Shown: in pieces, positions 10,690 through 22,469 of the stretch
How the letters are laid out: the number at the start of each line of letters is the position of its first letter
Position numbering within the stretch: position 1 is the first letter of the stretch
Assembly: GCF_006345805.1 (NCBI RefSeq)
Contig: NW_021831697.1
Coordinates: 1 to 34,445 of the forward strand
DNA: 34,445 bases
Origin: Octopus sinensis
Lineage: Eukaryota
Direction: 5' to 3'
Program-made: the position numbers and the translations under genes
Notes under the pieces: model-generated
Told to the model about the DNA's origin: nothing
Databases searched by the model: none
What the model saw: only the letters and a program-made list of their open reading frames with translations

Positions 10690-11750
10690 TATACAAACAT
10701 ATATCTTCTTCCTTTTTTCCCCATTTTTCTCAGGGAGGTCTCTCCCTCCTCACCTCCCTACATCTCTACCTCCGGAGGAGGAGGGAGCTTTTCCACAACC
10801 AATTGTTCCAGGACCCTACTCTGGTCCTGGGGACAGTTTTTTATGTGGCCCGTTTCCAGGCATAGGTACACTTTGGGGGGCGTCCCTCAAGTATCACCGG
10901 GTACCTGCACCCGTCCATTTTTTAAAAATCTAGAAAAACCAGATTCTTGGTTGATTGGGTCCACAGGGTCAAAAGCTGCAGGCAAAATTTTTACATTGAG
11001 GAGCTTAACTCCACTGCCACTCAGACCCCGGCGGATAGTATCCTCTATCCACTCGAGTTCTTTCCCGGGGGCAACCCGCAGACCCAAGCTCTTGTCAACT
11101 TCTTCCCATAATACATGCGCAGAAACAAAATCTCTTTGCCCTCCAAGGGCTAGCTCGCAAATGTGCGAGCCTCCTAGGAGTGTCAAATAACAACCACACC
11201 GTTGCATATTTGACCCCACTGGAGATGAATTTAATAGATTGAAAATATTCTGCCAGCTCTTTCTCAATTTCAGTCTTTTGAAAGAGGGCGATGGCGTCGA
11301 GCGACTTGGAGTACGTTCGCAGCACCACCGTCCTCTCTTCAAAGTCTTTCATCTACTGTTTGGTTGGGACAATCTCCCACTCCAACACAGTGTTATTTGT
11401 CTTCTTTGCCATGTTTTTTTTTTTTTTTGTAAAAGTTACAAAAGCAAAAGTTTAGAGTTTAAAAAATACAGGAAAGAAGGAAGAGGACGAGAAACAGTTA
11501 AAAAACACAGCATATTCTTCTGGCTGTCTTAGTACTCCTGGCCAACTTGGTAATCCTCCTGGCAAGGGCACAAAACAGTCACAAAAAAATAGCGCAATTT
11601 TAGGAAAGATACGCCCCCAAAACACACTTCTCACCGCTAAGTGAGACTTCACACACAACTACAGGCAGACAAATGGGTGGAACTCAGTCGAGATTTCTTG
11701 TTTGACAAAACTAATTAAACACGAGCAACAAACCCCCACCGAATCCCTAA
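10690..11750 (-). mobile_element. L1/Tx1-like LINE 5' UTR plus disrupted ORF1 (gag-like); ORF2 absent
   Basis: ATG at 11412 (MAKKTNNTVLEW...). Frameshifted YYGKKLTRAWVCGLPPG..EWIEDTI. EGRPPK followed by a CCHC knuckle read across a 1 bp frameshift, C(Y)LCLETGHIKNCP (~10834-10871). Confidence 0.65.
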
Positions 11751-11789
11751 AAAAACAAATGTCTTACTTGGTAGTTGTGCTTCAATAAT

Positions 11790-11890
11790 TCACGATTTTG
11801 TATGCAAAGACGTGACTCCAGCAGCGAAGAAAAACACATCCACTCAGTAGTGATGGCATTAAGCTTCTTACCTCACAGCCATACCTGCAT
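11790..11890 (-). mobile_element. Diverged SINE family 1 head
   Basis: AAGCTTCTTACCTCACAGCCATACCTGC resembles the reverse complement of the family-1 5' end. Confidence 0.5.
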
Positions 11891-12149
11891 GTGTTTTTAC
11901 ATATGTATATAAATGCTTGTAAGTGAAGGATTCTATGGCAGGAAACTATCAGTGATTGTCTCTGCCCATGTTGCTTCCTAGCTGGTTTATAGATTATAGG
12001 TTTGAAACATTTAGAAGGGGAACCTCATATCGTACAAGTGTTTGTCGGTATAAACATGAAAGCATATTTCCATTCTTGATAAACATAACAGTATATTTGA
12101 TAATAGCGTATTATGATAAACATAATAGCATATTTCCATTCTGATCGAG

Positions 12150-12775
12150 AGGCAATTCCTACCAAACATTGCCTATTGGATGTTCGAGTGTGGTCACAAA
12201 AAGATGAAAGGACCAAGTTAAGACTACGTGGCGTAAATCATTTACTATTTCTTTGTACATGTGAAACACAGTTTACCCACCGAAGATATACGAGATTGGT
12301 TGATCATTTTTATCAGAATTCTCTGTAATGTTTATTAGTAAGTGCCTAAGCAGTCATAGAGTCTAAGAATCAAGACAGATTTCATAGAAAGTAAATTGAG
12401 TTGAACTGGTCATGTATCACGGCTAAATGTTTCCTGGCTTTCCAAAGGAGCATTCGATGAAAAGTTAATGCGAAGCCTGAAAACAATGATATAAAGGGAT
12501 ATAAATATTATTCAAAGAGTGATTTAAAAGAAATAGCAATCGGTATTTAGAACTGAGATGGACTGGCTGCAAATCAGTGATGAGAAAAAAGGTGACTAAA
12601 ACTATGTTCCGTGCAAGATCGCTTCTTGCATTCGCAAGATGGGAAGCATAGAATCCCTTCTGGGTTGAAAAAGAAAGGGGTTAACACCTAAATAGTGCTG
12701 TCGTATTCTGCTATCTAAGAGTGGTTTAATTAATCACTTTAGATCACATGCGAGTTAAACAAGCCTTTTTAAGTC
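12150..12775 (+). mobile_element. Old RTE-clade LINE 3' fragment
   Basis: Degenerate motifs: RVWSQ...TKL; CETQFTHRRYTRLVDHFYQNSL (resembles CETWT.YRRH.R.L..FHQRCL); *TGHVSRL; KSDLK; terminal C2H2-like CCRILLSKSGLINHFRSH. Confidence 0.65.
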
Positions 12776-13003
12776 TCAGCTTGTATCAAATATGCCGATT
12801 AAAATCCGTCTGATTAGCGAATCGTACCAATGATAATTAAGTTATTATTGTAACATACCAACGATAATTTTAAAAATATACACGATGATGTTATATACCT
12901 GTAGGATCGGCAGTACAATCTTCAGGTCAGTAGAAGGGCTTAAAAGCTGCCTTAAAATAATGATGTAGAAGCGCTATATCTCTTAAAGGAAGAGAGCGTA
13001 AAC

Positions 13004-13225
13004 TATTTCTTTACTACCCACAAGGGGCTAAACACAGGGAGGACAAACAAGGACAAACAAACGGATCAAATCGATTATATCGACCCCAGTGCGTAACTGG
13101 TACTTAATTTATCGACCTAGAAAGGATGAAAGGCAAAGTCGACCTCGGCGGAATTTGAACTCAGAATGTAACGGCAGACGAAATACGGCTACGCATTTCG
13201 CCCGGCGTGCTAACATTTCTGCCAG
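13004..13225 (-). mobile_element. SINE family 3 monomer (tail A) with TSD
   Basis: TSD AGAGCGTAAAC at 12993-13003 and 13226-13236. Confidence 0.9.
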
Positions 13226-13281
13226 AGAGCGTAAACGATGATAGTCCTCGGTATCAAGTAGACAACCACCATCCGTGCATG

Positions 13282-13306
13282 TGTGCGCGTGCGCGTGCGT
13301 GCGTGC

Positions 13307-13357
<51 letters not shown>
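13282..13357. repeat. (GCGT)n/(GT)n microsatellite
   Basis: Direct reading. Confidence 0.95.
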
Positions 13358-13359
<2 letters not shown>

Positions 13360-13589
13360 TTTCTATTTCGATTATTTGAATTTGAATGAATAAAGAGACG
13401 GTTTCTAACAAAGAAACACAGCTCCATCGCTGGAATTTGGATTACGAAAACAGTAACTTTTGCATTTTAACTTTAGAAAAGTCTTGCATAATTTTAATGT
13501 TTCGTTCCCATATCGTTTTTACAAATTGCTGTATTCACGAGTGATGGAAGGCAAGAGGCTGAATTGGATTCTAAAATTCTAGGTGCTGG

Positions 13590-14825
13590 CTAGTAATACG
13601 CTATCTCCAGCATTCTCCTCAAAAAAGTCAAACTCGCTATCTTCAATTCGATTTATGTGCCTGTCCTTGCCTATTGACATGAGTGTTAGGAAATAAACTA
13701 AATAGTGCAATCGCGAATACAAGCAGCCGAAACGGGGTTCCTCTGAAAGGTCTCTGGAGTAACGCCACTCGACAGGGTACGTACACGGCGATGAAAGAGT
13801 CCCTCTCCTGGTCAAGCTGCTACTTCGCATTGAGAGGTCACTGCTACGGACATGTCGCAGGGAAGACTCGCAAAACGGATTTTTTCAAACCGATGGCGTC
13901 CCCAAAATTCATCCCCTCCTCACCGTGTTGGGGACGCTGGCAACGGGTAGTATCAGAGCTATGCCGTCGGGAACTTCGGTTCCTGGTAGGGCCACCCAAG
14001 GCGGATTGGTCTGACACCAAGTGGTATTCGGGCCACAACCCGGCAGACGGGGCTCTGGTGAAAATCGTCGGAGTGTCTGCTTCGGCAACCGGCGGCTCCT
14101 CGGTCGTTCTGTCCCTGCGTCTGCGGACAATCTGCGGGATTGTTGGGGACCGCTTGTGAAATCCGCATATTCCCACGAAACTTCTTCCATGAATAGAAGA
14201 AGCCGACTCAACCCGCCCAGGGTGAATGTCGCCACAAGTACAAGTATAATACTGGAAGCACTCCGTCGGTTACGACGACGCGGGTTCTGGTTGATCCGAA
14301 TCAACGGAACAGCCTGCTCGTGAAATTAACGTGTAAGTGGCTGAGCACTCCACAGACACGTGTACCCTTAACGTAGTTCTCGGGGATATTCAGCGTGACA
14401 CAGAGAGTGACAAGGCCGGTCCCTTGAAATACAGGTACAACAGAAACAGGAAGTAAGAGTGAGAGAAAGTTGTGGTGAAAGAGTAGAGTAGGGATCACCA
14501 CTATCTCCTGCCGGAGCCTCGTGGAGCTTTAGGTGTTTTCGCTCAATAAACACTCACAACGCCCGGTCTGGGAATCGAAACCGCGATCCTATGACCGCGA
14601 GTCCGCTGCCCTAACCACTGGGCCATTGCGCCTCCACAAGTATAATACTAAGAATGAGATGGTTGGATAATGTCCATAGTTTCACGCTTGGGAATCCAGC
14701 CGGAAAGTGTAATGATGTTTGCTTCGGATAGGACTCTCTATTCTTACGATCCTCCCAGCAATAGTAGGCAGAGAAGATAGATGGGTAGGCGCATGGATGG
14801 ATGGATGGATGGACGGACGGATGGC
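13590..14825 (+). mobile_element. RTE-clade LINE 3' fragment(s) ending in a (GGAT)n tail, interrupted by a GC-rich RTE-like fragment (~13890-14245) and a SINE
   Basis: KKVKLAIFNSIYVPVLAY*HEC; QSRIQAAETGFL*KVSGVTPLDRVR; LLLRIERSLL; RMRWLDN...RLGIQPESV after the SINE. Inner fragment reads GPPKADWSDTKW and ends in CAAGT repeats. Confidence 0.65.
14254..14635 (-). mobile_element. Full-length tRNA-derived SINE family 2 with 14 bp TSD
   Basis: Head GGAGGCGCAATGGCCCAGTGGTTAGGGCAGCGGACTCGCGG...GGTTTCGATTCCC. TSD ACAAGTATAATACT at 14240-14253 and 14636-14649. Confidence 0.95.
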
Positions 14826-15013
14826 ATAAGTTAGTCGCTTTCTTTTCCTGAACATAACTTCTCTGTCTTTCTGGCTGGTTGGCTGTCAGTGCATGTCTGT
14901 CCGTGCATGGTCAGACCGTCGGCAACTAAACCGCGAACCTCACCATACCTGCTTAATTAAAAGAATTATTTTTGTACAGCTTGTAGGAAGAAAATCGAAA
15001 GCCTCTCAAAGAA

Positions 15014-16871
15014 TCTTTTCTACTCTAGGCAAAAGGTGTCAGTCAATTAGATCGGTCCCAGTACGCAACTGGTACTAAATTTATCGACCCCGAAAGGATG
15101 AAAGGCAAAGTCGACCTCGGCGGAATTTAATCTCAGAACGTAAAGACAGACGAAATACCTATTTCTTTACTACCCACAAGGGGCTAAACACAGAGAGGAC
15201 AAAACAATGACAGACAAACGGATTAAGTCGATTATATCGACCCCAGTGCGTAACTGGTACTTAATTTATCGACCCCGAAAGGATGAAAGGCAAAGTCGAC
15301 CTCGGCGGAATTTGAACTCAGAACGTAGCGACAGACGAAATACCTATTTCTTTACTACCCACAAGGGGCTAAACACAGAGAAGACAAGACAATGACAGAC
15401 AAACGGATTAAGTCGATTATATCGACCCCAGTGCGTAACTGGTACTTAATTTATCGACCCCGAAAGGATGAAAGGCAAAGTCGACCTCGGCGGAATTTGA
15501 ACTCAGAACGTAGCGACAGACGAAATACCTATTTCTTTATTACCCACAAGAGGCTAAACTCAGAGAGGACAAAACAATGACAGACAAACGGATTAAGTCG
15601 ATTATATCGACCCCAGTGCGTAACTGGTACTTATTAAATCGACCCCGAAAGGATGAAAGGCAAAGTCGACCTCGGCGGAATTTGAACTCAGAACGTAGCG
15701 ACAGACGAAATACCTATTTCTTTACTACCCACAAGGGGCTAAACACAGAGAAGACAAGACAATGACAGACAAACGGATTAAGTCGATTATATCGACTCCA
15801 GTGCGTAACTGGTACTTATTAAATCGACCCCGAAAGGATGAAAGGCAAAGTCGACCTCGGCGGAATTTGAACTCAGAACGTAGCGACAGACGAAATACCT
15901 ATTTCTTTATTACCCACAAGAGGCTAAACTCAGAGAGGACAAAACAATGACAGACAAACGGATTAAGTCGATTATATCGACCCCAGTGCGTAACTGGTAC
16001 TTATTAAATCGACCCCGAAAGGATGAAAGGCAAAGTCGACCTCGGCGGAATTTGATCTCAGAACGTAAAGACAGACGAAATACCTATTTCTTTATTACCC
16101 ACAAGAGGCTAAACACAGAGAAGACAAGACAATGACAGACAAACGGATTAAGTCGATTATATCGACCCCAGTGCGTAACTGGTACTTAATTTATCGACCC
16201 CGAAAGGATGAAAGGCAAAGTCGACCTCGGCGGAATTTGATCTCAGAACGTAAAGACAGACGAAATACCTATTTCTTTATTACCCACAAGAGGCTAAACA
16301 CAGAGAAGACAAGACAATGACAGACAAACGGATTAAGTCGATTATATCGACCCCAGTGCGTAACTGGTACTTAATTTATCGACCCCGAAAGGATGAAAGG
16401 CAAAGTCGACCTCGGCGGAATTTGATCTCAGAACGTAAAGACAGACGAAATACCTATTTCTTTACTACCCACAAGGGGCTAAACACAGAGAGGACAAAAC
16501 AATGACAGACAAACGGATTAAGTCGATTATATCGACCCCAGTGCGTAACTGGTACTTATTAAATCGACCCCGAAAGGATGAAAGGCAAAGTCGACCTCGG
16601 CGGAATTTGAACTCAGAACGTAGCGACAGACGAAATACCTATTTCTTTACTACCCACAAGGGGCTAAACACAGAGAGGACAAAACAATGACAGACAAACG
16701 GATTAAGTCGATTATATCGACCCCAGTGCGTAACTGGTACTTATTAAATCGACCCCGAAAGGATGAAAGGCAAAGTCGACCCCGGCGGAATTTGAACTCA
16801 CAACGTAACGCAGACGAAATACCGCTAAGCATTTCGCCCGGCGTGCTAACGTTTCTGCCAGCTTTCCACCT
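15014..16871 (-). repeat. SINE family 3 multimer: head + 9 x 185 bp tail-A units + terminal tail-B unit
   Basis: Unit starts on + at 15160, 15345, ... 16640 (period 185). One tRNA-like head at ~16825-16871. Degenerate TSD AAAGCCTCTCAAAGAA / AAAGCTCGTCAAAGAA (14998-15013, 16874-16889). Confidence 0.95.
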
Positions 16872-17541
16872 TAAAAGCTCGTCAAAGAACAGATGAACTC
16901 ATGAGAATCACAGGTCATTCAGTGTTGAGCGCGCGCTCGTGTGTACATGCGTATGTAAGGGTACAATGGAGAAGAATACTCTCTGATATGAAACTTGCAG
17001 TATTGTAGCTTCCGTCCATCTTGCTTCTCTATTGCCAGTTTAACAGCTCCAAATATTTAGGGAATAGCATTAACGTCTTACAAACGTTTTTCACTATAAC
17101 ATTTTATACTTACCGTACATACATCGTTGAGAGGCGTGATATTATGGTTTTCGTCCGCGATAAAATCTCTTCGTAGACACAGTGTGCTAAAAACACTGTA
17201 TATATATCAGAGCGAGACGTAAAATCGTCTGGGTGGTGAATCACGTGAACGCCAGATGTATTTCGGTCTTCTTAGGCCTTATCAATGATGCGTACTGACG
17301 GTCACTCGCCTAGCCGAGGTCTGACTCCTCCGATATACAAGAAACAATGAATAACACATTCACTGATATTGCGATTAAAAAGTCGGTTTACGCAATTGAA
17401 ACAACATTAAATCAAAATAACCCTCTATGCATCATATTTTACTACAAGTACTCGATATCGACAAGGCTCGAGAAGGCGAAATATATCTGGTATTCTTTGT
17501 TAGCCACTGCTGAGACGAGTTTTCGTATCATTCCGTTATAT

Positions 17542-17941
17542 TCTTTTCTACACTAGGCACATGGTCCGAAATTTTTGGGAAGGGGCCAGTCGATTACATC
17601 GACCCCAGTAAGCAATTGGTACTTAATTTATCGACTCCGAAAGGATGAAAGGCAAAGTCGACCTCGGCGGAATTTGAACTCTGAAAGTAAAGACAGACGA
17701 AATACCTATTTCTTTATTACCCACAAGGGGCTAAACATAGAGGGGACAAACAAGGACAGACATAGGTATTAAGTCGATTACATCGACCCCAGTGCGGAAC
17801 TGGTACTTAATTTATCGACCCCGAAAGGATGAAGAGCAAAGTCGACCTCGACGGAATTTGAACTCTGAACGTAGAGACAGACGAAATGCCGCTAAGCATT
17901 TCGCCCGGCGTGCTTAACGTTTCCGCCAGCTCTCCGTCTTC
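17542..17941 (-). mobile_element. SINE family 3 dimer: head + tail-A unit + tail-B unit
   Basis: Same junction as the large array, at 17706/17707. TSD TATCATTCCGTTATAT / TATCGCTCCGTTATAT (17526-17541, 17942-17957; 14/16 identical). Confidence 0.9.
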
Positions 17942-18110
17942 TATCGCTCCGTTATATATTGTTTTAACATAGCGCATCAATAAGAGATTTTTATCTCCGA
18001 TGAAAATTACAGCATCATGCTTCTCATCCGTGTTTATACGTTATTTTAATCCAATGCCGCTTCAAATACCTAGAGGTAGTTAACAAATTTTATGTTTTTG
18101 CTATTTTTGT

Positions 18111-18336
18111 ACTCTCTTTTACTCTGTTACTCTTTTACTTGTTTCAGTCATTTGACTGCGGCCATGCTGGAGCACCGCCTTTAGTCGAGCAAATCGACCC
18201 CGGGACTTATTCTTTGTAAGCCCAGTACTTATTTTATCGGTCTCTTTTGCCAAACCGCTAAGTGACGGGGACGTAAACACACCAGCATCGGTTGTCAAGC
18301 AATGCTAGAGGGACAAACCACACACACACAAACACA

Positions 18337-18393
<57 letters not shown>

Positions 18394-18400
18394 ATATATA

Positions 18401-18445
<45 letters not shown>

Positions 18446-18619
18446 ATACATATATACGACAGCTTCTTTCAGTTTCCGTCTACCAAATCCACTCACAAGG
18501 CATTGGTCGGCCCGGGGCTATAGCAGAAGACACTTGCCCAAGATGCCACGCAGAGGGACTGAACCCGGAACCATGTGGTTGGTTAGCAAGCTACTTACCA
18601 CACAGCCATTCCTGCGCCT
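18111..18619 (-). mobile_element. Full-length SINE family 1 with internal (TA)n(TG)n
   Basis: Near-identical to the reverse complement of 1849-2292. Confidence 0.92.
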
Positions 18620-18849
18620 ATTTTTCCATCGAAAGACGAAACTTATCGTCACTGGAATCACAAACAGTCGGCCAACCATTCGTTGAGGCGGTTGGAACAC
18701 CACATGCGTCTGTGACAATGAAATATCGACACTCGGCTTTTATACATTTGACTTCGTTTGCAACCAATGATGTTGCTGTTGTTTTTGAACAAATGCAGAC
18801 GTTGTTTAGAGAGTGGGAGTGATCTTGTGCAAATGCCGACGGTACTGAC

Positions 18850-19070
18850 ATCGCTTGATTTTTGACATCTGTCATGGCGGGTAGCAGCCAAGAAAATCAA
18901 AACACTCAATGAAAATATTCTATATGAAATTCCAATGAAATAAAGGCATATGTCGATGTCGGTGGTAAACTCTGAACATCTGCTGCAAGAGATAAACATC
19001 GGTGACATATGTATGCAAAAGAGTGTGGGTTCCTAGCAGGAATGAAAAGTCACATCCGCACTGCTCATGT
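18850..19070 (+). mobile_element. Possible very old RTE C-terminal remnant
   Basis: TYVCK...FLAGMKSHIRTAH resembles the RTE terminal C2H2-like motif. The upstream similarity is weak. Confidence 0.3.
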
Positions 19071-19122
19071 TTTATGAAAACAATCAGGTAATGGTATTGC
19101 TCGAAATCATGCTACATGTATG

Positions 19123-19163
<41 letters not shown>

Positions 19164-19254
19164 TATATATATGTCATTATTCCGTTTTATTTCAAGATTT
19201 CTTGCCAAAAGAGAAAGAGCCGGTTTCTAAGTTAAGCATCAACTGGTTTTTTTA

Positions 19255-19287
19255 ATGTATGTATGTATGTATGTATGTATGTATGTA

Positions 19288-19320
<33 letters not shown>

Positions 19321-20472
19321 ATGTATGTACGTACGTGCGTGTGTGTGTGTATGTATGTATGTATGTATGTGTGTGTATGTATGTATGTGTGTGTATGTAT
19401 GTGCGTGTACGTACGTACGTGTGTGTGTGTATGTATGTATGTATGTATGTATGTATTATGTATGTATGTATATGTATGTATGTATTATGTATGTATGTAT
19501 GGTGTATGTATGTACGTACGTGTGTGTGTATGTATGTATGTATGTATGTATGTGTGTATGTATGTATGTGTGTGTATGTATGTACGTACGTGTGTGTGTG
19601 TGTATGTATGTATGTATGTATGTATGTATGTATGTATGTGTGTATGTATGTATGTATGTATGTGTGTGTATGTATGTATGTGTGTGTATGTATGTATGTA
19701 CGTACGTGTGTGTGTATGTATGTATGTATGTATGTATGTGTGTGTGTATGTATGTACGTACGTGTGTGTGTGTATGTATGTATGTATGTATGTATGTATG
19801 TATGTATGTATGTGTGTATGTATGTATGTATGTATGTATGTGTGTGTGTGTATGTATGTATGTATGTATGTATGTACGTACGTACGTGTGTGTGTGTATG
19901 TATGTATGTATGTATGTATGTGTGTGTATGTATGTATGTGTGTGTATGTATGTGTGTGTACGTACGTACGTGTGTGTGTGTATGTATGTATGTATGTATG
20001 TATGTGTGTGTATGTATGTATGTGTGTGTATGTATGTATGTACGTACGTGTGTGTGTATGTATGTATGTATGTATGTATGTATGTATGTATGTATGTGTG
20101 TATATATGTATGTATGTGTGTGTATGTAGTATGTACGTACGTGTGTGTGTATGTATGTATGTATGTATGTATGTATGTATGTATGTATGTGTGTATATAT
20201 GTATGTATGTGTGTGTGTGTATGTATGTATGTGTGTATGTATGTATGTACGTACGTGTGTGTGTATGTATGTATGTACGTACGTGTGTGTGTGTGTATGT
20301 ATGTATGTATGTATGTATGTGTGTGTGTATGTATGTATGTACGTATGTGTGTGTGTGTATGTATGTATGTATGTATGTGTGTATGTATGTATGTATGTGT
20401 GTATGTATGTATGTATGTGTATGTGTACGTATGTATGTATGTATGTATGTATGTACGTACGTACGTACGTAC

Positions 20473-20504
<32 letters not shown>

Positions 20505-20531
20505 GTGTATGTATGTATGTATGTATATGTA
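19255..20531. repeat. ~1.28 kb compound (TATG)n/(TG)n microsatellite with recurrent TACGTACGTG cassettes
   Basis: Direct reading. The 427-aa MYVC ORFs are translations of this repeat. Confidence 0.97.
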
Positions 20532-20540
20532 TAGTTAGTT

Positions 20541-20745
20541 AGTTAATCCAAACATGAAAGCACAAAAAAAACACAACAACGCGAGGACGTGGAACAAATA
20601 TAGTATTATTGGACGCTCAGGAAAGAAGGAAAGAAGGAAAGAAGGTTTAACGTTCCGAGCGGAGCTCTTCGTCGGAAACATAGGAGAAGGAAAGATCCAG
20701 AGAAGGAAAGACAGAGGGAAAAAAATCGCCAACGGTACACACGCT
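20541..20745 (-). mobile_element. Penelope-like terminal repeat, second family
   Basis: Matches 34357-34445. Abuts a microsatellite and carries a hammerhead-like motif. Confidence 0.65.
20645..20679 (-). ncRNA. Minimal hammerhead-like motif (variant core)
   Basis: GTTT-CCGACGA-A-GAGC/TCC/GCTC-GGA-ACGT-T-AAAC. Confidence 0.5.
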
Positions 20746-20779
20746 GTGTATGTTCTTCACTCCCAGTAGTCAGGAGTGA

Positions 20780-21320
20780 TATAATCATTTGCAAGACCTT
20801 GCGCGCAGTGATTCCAATATTTTCAACCGTTATCGTAGAAGAGGAAAGTTTTTCAACATCCATTGTTTTACAGCAGTAACAAAAGCTTTCATGGCTCTTA
20901 CTTGCGATCTCCTTTACACTGATGATTGCCATCTGGTAGCCTATCCCGAAAAAGACCTGCAGCTCCTGTCTGATGGACTGCATTTCAACTGCGTGTAACG
21001 AGTTTGAACTTCTCACTCTTAAGAAAGCCGTAGTAATGCTACAACCACCACTAGGCAAGCTATATATCCCACGATCGATATACGTCAAGGATAAATAGTC
21101 AGAAGTTGTGGATACCTTTCTCTAACTTGGTACATTTAACATCCTTGACGAGAAGGTCATTTATTGACTTTCTAACGCTTGTGATGCATTTGGGAATTTT
21201 TAATCGAGGCTCTAATCTCAATCAGACATCAGTGCAGTAACGAAAGTTGACTTCTATCAAATATGTCTTAACAGCACTGTTATATGAATGCGAAAGCTGG
21301 ACAGCCTACCGCGGCGATAA
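20780..21320 (+). mobile_element. RTE (BovB-like) reverse transcriptase fragment, disrupted
   Basis: RYRRRGKFFNIHCFTAVTKAFMALTCDLLYTDDCHLVAYPEKDLQLL (YxDD at 20915-20926); later LLYECESWTAYR. Confidence 0.8.
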
Positions 21321-21452
21321 TTGCGTAATATCAGGAAGATCTCATTGTGATCTTTTAGCGAGTTGGATTGTTGTATGAAATGCGGTTTAAGGCTTTATAA
21401 TATAATGTCTTTCGATTAAAATGTCAGGATGAATATCAATAGAAAAATAAAT

Positions 21453-21888
21453 GGATCTTTTCGGTTTGAACGGCAGTTTTTTCTAGCGGTGTCATATGAA
21501 ATTGTCACCCATAATTATGACCCTAGTATCGATCTATTGCATTTCAATCTGTTTTAGGGTTAGGGTTAGTTAGGGTTAGGGTTAGGGGTGGGGGAAGGGT
21601 ATCTTTTTTTCTTCACAAATGTAAATAAATCCAATCTGTTTCTTAAACGAGGGACATATTCATACGGCACAGAATGCTTTTTTTTTACCTCAATGGACGT
21701 CAGTGATTGGTTGAAATTGCAGAAATTGAAGAAAAATAACAACAAATATCTTACAAACCATAGAATTTTCTCAATAAAGCCAAGAGAAAAAGATGTTTTA
21801 TAAACACATTCTACCAGTATACTAAGTTTAAAATTTTTTAGTTACCTAGAAATTATATTAAAAACTGCCGTTCAAACAGAAAAGATCC
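21453..21888. mobile_element. 436 bp MITE, ~28 bp TIRs, 8 bp TSD (hAT-like), containing (TTAGGG)n
   Basis: TIR GGATCTTTTC(G/T)GTTTGAACGGCAGTTTTT with one mismatch. TSD AAATAAAT at 21445-21452 and 21889-21896. Confidence 0.92.
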
Positions 21889-22469
21889 AAATAAATTAAA
21901 ATCTACTGCACTGCAACATTTATTTCCGTCGCTAAAGTGAATACACAACAAATGGAACTCCGTCAAAAACTTTAAATGGTTTCACAATGTTTCTCGAAGT
22001 TGAAGGTGAAGTTGAATGTTAGAAGAAACACAAAGCATAGTGTCAAAGCTTCTGGTTATAACTCTTTCTTTGCTGAAAACTACAAATTGGTAAAAACTGA
22101 TCTCAGGTCGAAGATAATGCTCGTTCGTAACAAACTCTTTTTCTTTATTAGGCATAAAGCCCTAAATGTAAAAGGGGACACTACGAGGACAGACAAGACG
22201 AACGTGGGGTACATATAAAAATTAGAGAATGATTTATGAGATGTAAAAATAAAATTATAATGATGATGAAAATGACTTTCTACCCACAAAAGTAGAAAGT
22301 TGCATTTTGAAACTCACCTCCCTAAGAAATTAGCGGAAAAACCGTCCCTTAAATAGCTACAGTAGAGACGCTAGACTAGTCTATCACGTTAAGGGGTGGA
22401 AAGTTCGTGTAAAGCTAAATGAACTTGACCATCATGTGGGTAGCTAAAGGTACAGAGTGATCATGCTTC

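Noticed and set aside
14560-14635. Functional tRNA gene (also 23277-23352 and other heads)
   Set aside because: These tRNA-like sequences are SINE heads continuing into family bodies with TSDs, and the anticodon arm is irregular.
15014-16871. CRISPR-like array or hammerhead retrozyme
   Set aside because: There are no unique spacers, and I found no CTGANGA...GAAA core on either strand of the 185 bp unit.
15207-16896. Nine near-identical 62-aa ORFs (MTDKRIKSII...)
   Set aside because: Antisense translation of the SINE tandem unit. Their ATG comes from a locus-private variant absent in other copies.
17110-17186. Possible 73 nt minus-strand exon (TTTTTAG...CG|GTAAGT)
   Set aside because: Two frames are open but neither peptide is recognisable. 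RNA-seq would be needed.
17250-17292. Minus-strand TTGATAA-GGCC/GACC-GAAA hammerhead-like string
   Set aside because: Two core changes, mismatched stems and no homologue in the window.
19255-20542. 427-aa MYVC-repeat ORFs
   Set aside because: Microsatellite translations that lack stops by composition.
21554-21587. True telomere or chromosome-fusion scar
   Set aside because: Only four perfect TTAGGG units (plus one ending in GGGG), all inside a TSD-flanked MITE.
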